The notes under the pieces: generated by a model
What the model was told of the DNA's origin: nothing
The model's input: only the letters and a program-made list of their open reading frames with translations
Database searches by the model: none
Source: Balanoglossus misakiensis
Taxonomy: Eukaryota > Animalia > Hemichordata
Assembly: GCA_040954595.2 (NCBI GenBank)
Contig: CM082592.2
Location: 7,613,677 to 7,677,676 of the forward strand
Reading direction: 5' to 3'
DNA: 64,000 nt
Position numbers and translations under genes: made by a program
Shown here: positions 61,934-64,000 of the stretch, one piece after another
Position numbering within the stretch: position 1 is the first letter of the stretch
How the letters are laid out: each line of letters begins with the position of its first letter

Positions 61934-63822
61934 ATGGAGGAAATGGGCCACACCGTCGACAAACTGGAGGCTCTGGTAATTAAGACACATTTTATATACA
62001 TTGACACCTTTTTGTTGTTGTCGGGGTCACTGTCACGACAAATTAGCGCCAGTGGAAGCTTCATCTCTGAGTAACGCAATCGATCGTAACAACATGCACA
62101 TTTGTACTTCCGCATTGGCGGCAACCGGCGGCAGTTACCTCTTGCCGCCTTGTGTGGATCCGTAGGCCCTACCGCTACCTCGTATCTCGACTGTTTTGAC
62201 CATTCCGCAACACAAACACTCGAAGGAGGGGTAGGGTTACAGCAACCTATCTCGCCCACTAGACTGACATTGCTAGAGAATAGATACTGAGAATCTTGCT
62301 TGAATCACCCTACACAATTCAGTTTCAGAAGGCAGAGTCTGATCTGAACTATGTCTCCAGGAAGTTGGATTCTGAATTTTCCGAGATGTCGGAAGAATCA
62401 AATCAGGTATGAAAGTTTTCAAAAGTAGGGCCTTGTACTTATCAGTCTGAAATGGAAAACTGGAAAAAATGATTATAGCCACGCATAGATTTGCTGTATG
62501 AAAACACTGTCATGCTCTCAACCGGAGGAAGGTGTGGCCATAGACCCTAGGGAAAGGGTCTATGGTGTGGCATATATCAGTATTCACTCATTGTAGACAA
62601 CAGCAAACACCTCATTCTCGATTTCTCACTTCTGACAACACACAGGCCAATCCGAAAGACTTAGTGGAGAGACTGCAGAGTGTCAAGAAGGAACACGCGA
62701 AAATAGTGGCGGAGACCGAGGAAATCAAGAAGGCTCAGCGGGAAGCAGCAGACTTCTTCAAGTCGCAGCTTCAGTTGGCGTGTCAGACTTTACAGAAGAT
62801 TCACGATCAAGCAGGAACAGAGGTGAAAAATAGGATAGAATGAGATGCTACATATTTTTAATCTGAAAATTTCTTGTGCGGGCTTCTGCCAATTTTCTTG
62901 TTTAACATTAGGTGTGAAAGGCGTTGGTTCTTTTGCTGCTGCTTGGTTTTAGTTATTTGACAGAAAGGTCATTTTATGTTTATTTATATTTTTGATCGCT
63001 GTAGGCACCTGAGAAGACTGAAGAGGAGCTGCTTGCAGAGTCTATGCTTGGGTTGGATGTGACACAAGACGTTGGAGAACCATCATCAGACACATCCCAC
63101 AGCAGTGTGGAGAGGAAGCATCCCAGGGAAGAGGCAACAAATGTATGTGTTTGGAGACTAGATTTTCATCTATCTGTTTCTTGTTGGGATTCACATGAAT
63201 GATACAAGGCAGTCCATACCAGTAATCATACTCAAATCAGGCACAACTTGCTCACAAAAAAATAATCCAATGAGTGAACTTTATCAGAAGGTTTCTTTCC
63301 ATTCACAGGAAGGGGCTTGTGCTTTTCCGAATGAAAATAGCCCTCCTTCACCAGAAGGTGAGTCTTGTTCTCAGTCAATCTTGAATCATCACGAGATGGT
63401 CACCCTAATGTCAATTCTCTAGACCCTCAAAGCTAAGACACAAAACTTCAATTGTCTTTAATCTTTCTGATAGTGTCAGAGGCCAGTTCATCAGACAGAA
63501 GATGCCAAGGTGAATATGTTGAAGTCAGCCAAGACGAGTTCATGTCAGTGTCATCTCTCGTCAGAGGCAGAGTCAAGCTAGAGGATGTAAATAGGGTAAG
63601 CCAATGCATAGCTGTAAGACTTTTCTTCCTATAAATTCTCTGGCCTCCATTCTTTAGCAAGCATTTGTATGTACAGTGTGCCTGACTTTGTGTTGTCTTT
63701 CAGGTCTATCAGAAACTGTATGAACACTTTCATACAGAGAAAAACAAAACACCCCTCACAAGACAAGATATGAGTAATATGAATCTGAGAATTACTGGTG
63801 CCACTGGAGAAGCAAAATTAAA
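61934..63822 (+). CDS. SKA2: Spindle and kinetochore-associated protein 2, long form with C-terminal SKA1-like domain (3' end unresolved or beyond the window)
   Basis: MEEMGHTVDKLEAL|FQKAESDLNYVSRKL..|ANPKDLVERL matches the SKA2 N-terminus. Later exons give VSQDEFMSVSSLVRGRVKLEDVNR|VYQKL...ITGATGEAKLK. Confidence 0.88.
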
Positions 63823-64000
63823 GGTAGCCTGTGTTATCATGATGTTTTTTTACAAACATTTCAAATAAATTGTTGTGTCAGGTGTTATTACTTAGTTATA
63901 AAATGTCTGAGTCTAAGGTCCGTATAATTTGCTTCTGTCACTCAGGCTTACGTGTGATGAAGACTTTACTCAAGGAATTTACTGACACTTTTTGTTTCCT

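Noticed and set aside
1-64000. tRNA, rRNA, spliceosomal snRNA genes and U12-type introns
   Set aside because: None recognised by eye; the introns I reconstructed are GT-AG without the U12 GTATCC donor. A covariance-model scan would be needed to exclude RNA genes.

Overview
Gene-dense, intron-containing animal DNA, probably from a marine invertebrate (inferred from short GT-AG introns and vertebrate-like orthologues; the species cannot be determined from this window). I reconstructed 11 protein-coding genes by hand: BCKDK(-), CHFR(+), HSCB(-), an orphan class A GPCR(+), an SLC25A45/48-like mitochondrial carrier(-), ARPC3(-), GPN3(+), EIF4H(-), an hnRNP U/UL1-like gene(+), PRR11(-) and SKA2(+, running off the right end). 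The standout is the SLC25 locus: one shared N-terminal half (4 exons) can splice in frame to any of three tandem, intact 3'-terminal exons, each with its own AATAAA. These exons carry substrate contact points II and III, and one of them replaces the conserved H6 Arg with Gly-Asp, so one gene may make carriers with different substrates. Other highlights: candidate poison exons in BCKDK intron 5 (including a 15-nt stop-codon microexon), a 78-bp MITE with a perfect 9-bp target-site duplication, structured EIF4H introns, a SAP-less and nearly intronless hnRNP U-like gene, and the PRR11-SKA2 and ARPC3-GPN3 neighbour pairs also found in human. All splice models are predicted from sequence alone and need transcript confirmation.
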